Shown in pieces: positions 61,600 to 64,000 of a stretch of DNA of 64,000 nucleotides. The DNA comes from Guillardia theta CCMP2712 (taxonomy: Eukaryota > Protista > Cryptophyta). Below the pieces are notes generated by a model. The model was not told where the DNA came from, made no database searches, and saw only the letters and a list, made by a program, of their open reading frames with translations. The stretch spans positions 588,167-652,166 of the forward strand of contig NW_005434664.1 in the NCBI RefSeq assembly GCF_000315625.1. Direction: 5' to 3'. Within the stretch, counting starts at the first letter, position 1. Every line of letters starts with the position of its first letter. The position numbers and the translations under genes were made by a program.

Positions 61600-64000
61600 T
61601 ATGTTATAGTGATGGAGTGAAATTGTGATGCGAGAATTGACAGAGCGATGACAGGTTTGAAGCGAGACATTCAATGTCGTGAAGATGTGTAACGTAGCCT
61701 GAAGATGCCCACACCGACATTTCTGATGCTGAGGACGATGTCGCTGTTGATGGCGGCGATCGCAACAAGAGGTTGGATGGTGTGATGTGAAAGATGAGAA
61801 AGAAGTCGAGGTATCCGTGTTGATTTTCACCGAAATGCCAAAGAAACCAGCATACGCTGCTCGATGCCCTTCGGCATTGGACCCTGCAGCTGCCCCATTG
61901 CCGATCCAAGCAAGAGATCTTCTCCTTGAAGCAAGAAGCTTGAACTCACGTGAAGAACCTGCCTTTGAAAACACTCCGATCAGGCGAAAGACAAAGGTTG
62001 AACTGAGGTCTTGCTGTTTTGCATTCTTGTGCTCCATCGTTGAGACGTTTCTTTCAGCTCTGACTTTGAAGGAGGAAATTTTGAAGGAGAAAAATTGAAG
62101 GAGGTCATTGTGGCCATCTGGCGTACCTGTGAGGAGGAGGCGGCGAGTGATGCGTATCAGCTTAGAGATGTGAAAGAGAAGAGACTGAGGCTTGCTAGAA
62201 ATCTCAAGGAGCTTGTCCGAAACGACCTGGTCATCTGCTGCTATTTCTTCACGACATCCGAGAACGAAGTTGGGGAACAAACTGCTTGGGACCTTCTCTT
62301 GAAAGGAATACAGCATAGTCGTGTCACTGAGATCACCAAGGAGTTGATTCAAGTCTTGGTACTGGTTGTTTCCAATGTTGGATTAGGTAGAGCAAACCTG
62401 GAGAGCATCCTTAGGTAATCCACCCCTCAAGTCTGATTTCTGTTGAGATCTTCCAAGGTCCATGTTCGTGGCTGGTGAGTGGCAGCCCAACGCTGGCAAA
62501 CTCGTGCAGGGCATGTGCGCGATGGTGCAAGGGAGTTTGGGTGAAGGCCAGTCCCCCGGGCTGTTGAGTCCGAATGCTTTCAAGGACTCAAAGATGCACA
62601 GCAGGGCCGCTGCTGAGGTGAAGAGGCTCAGTGTCTGGTGAACCCTTGCTCTGACATGTCCTCGGCTGGGCACTAGCAGGCCCATCCGAGATTCTTTTTC
62701 TTTGATGGAGCACATGGAGGGCTTTACCTTGGAAGCGCAGAGAAGTGAGAGTTGCCTATGTGGCTGCCCTACATGCACTTCTCAAGTTTGCTCCGTCATT
62801 GCAGGCTATGGGGGAAACAAGGCTACGCGATAACGACATCCTTGTGGGTGAACAATGCGTCCACCGACGTTGCGTTTTTCTTGTTCAGCATCACGGAGAC
62901 AGATCAAGTTGACGAAACGAACGAGAAGATGGTCATGGATGTTTGCATCTGCGAGGTCCTGACACATGATGTCATGTTTGTGGATCTGATTCTTTTGTGT
63001 GACAGCACGGATTCATCTTCAATGTATTCATCGATTCACACAAAGTTTTCCATGAGTTCCGTGTTCAGATTCCGCAAAAGCGATGGTAACATTCTATTGT
63101 GAAATTGCAGAATGTCTTGCGATTTTAATCCTTTTGAATCTATAGGTTCAAGCTTGCTGTCAACCATAAAAGCAGCTCGTTCTTGTCAAAGTCTGAAGTC
63201 GAGATCTGGATTGACAATCGGCGATATTCGCATTCCATCCCGATGCCGAAGCAAGAAGGTGAATGGAGAATGCTGGTCGCAACTCCTCACCTGCGCTTTC
63301 AAGGATTGTTCCGCTTGTATGCGGGATGTCCCACGACAGACACGCTCAACATCCCGACAACCGTGAGATGGTCCAAGTCGGTTTTGCCTCTCTCCTTCTT
63401 CAAGGGTCTCATGGGGACCTTTAAATTCTTCCCCACCTGTTTGAGTGAGGCGGAGGTCCAAAGTCAGCTAGGCGATGCGGTTGCTGCTGCGAGCTCGGAC
63501 CTGCTGCGCTTGCTGACTTGAAGCTTCAGCAGACAACAGGCAGCGATGAATTGCTCGACGCCTGCGCGTCATTCTCAGCCTATCCGAGCCATCTGAACAA
63601 GCACATACCCCTCGGTACATTGAGCTGCACCCCGCGCTCTTGATCTTACATGCCTGCTGCCACACAGTTGATGGAAGATCGTTTCCTAGTTCTCAGCTCT
63701 GTCTCAGCTCAGGAAATCCGACGGCCTTGATGATCGGAACCTTAAAGCTTGGAGGACAGCCAAACTTCGCAGAATCGTTGGAGTGTCTCGGTGGACCAGG
63801 TAGTCGTGAGTTTCGTGCCCTCGGTGAATTCACTGAGTTTGTGAACAAGCGATGTTCCTTCCTTGGCTCGCAGCATGCTTTACGGTGCCAACACAAAGGG
63901 AGGACCAGGGAGATGAGGTCTCGGGGAGGAAGAGCTTGTGCGACAGCGAAGAGATTTTCTTGAGCTTCCTACTATTGATGCGATCTTTCATATGTCACGA
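61600..64000 (+). CDS. N-terminal part of a probable BEACH-domain (neurobeachin/LRBA-like) protein, running off the right edge
   Basis: HPRFFFFDGAHGGLYL..LWGKQGYAITTSLWV (ConA-like region), VEIWIDN, GLMGTFKFF..LSEAEV and FAESLECLGGP. These match the motif order I expect in BEACH protein N-termini; the BEACH domain itself is not in the window. Confidence 0.5.

Noticed and set aside
61579-62352. 257-aa minus-strand ORF
   Set aside because: The plus strand shows the coding-like exons and splice sites; this is likely an antisense shadow.

Overview
Gene-dense eukaryotic nuclear DNA with many short (about 40-70 nt) spliceosomal introns. Several proteins carry bipartite signal-peptide plus transit-peptide leaders, which points to an alga with a complex red-derived plastid; a cryptophyte such as Guillardia theta is my inference, not a database result. 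Manual splicing supports about 24 genes. Recognisable ones: bromodomain protein (partial), DDX21-like DEAD-box helicase, APC6/CDC16, a GST-HINT fusion, CaMK-like kinase, ankyrin protein, delta14-sterol reductase, plastid glutamine synthetase II, CCDC81-like, UFD1, mannose-6-phosphate isomerase, secreted NHL-repeat protein, Sel1/C2 protein, ATP10, PH-MORN-J-like protein, UBXN11-like, TRS31, exonuclease III, EsV-1-7 repeat protein, C2-SAM protein and a BEACH-like N-terminus. The most notable observations are the GST-HINT fusion, ubiquitin-like LRGG motifs behind signal peptides, and a decayed intronless Cys-rich island at about 21.3-22.8 kb that may be viral. Also notable are two families of motif-rich upstream intergenic DNA and a probable GA-AG intron. 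No rRNA, tRNA or CRISPR array was seen. Gene coordinates span introns and were derived by eye, so ends are approximate where stated.
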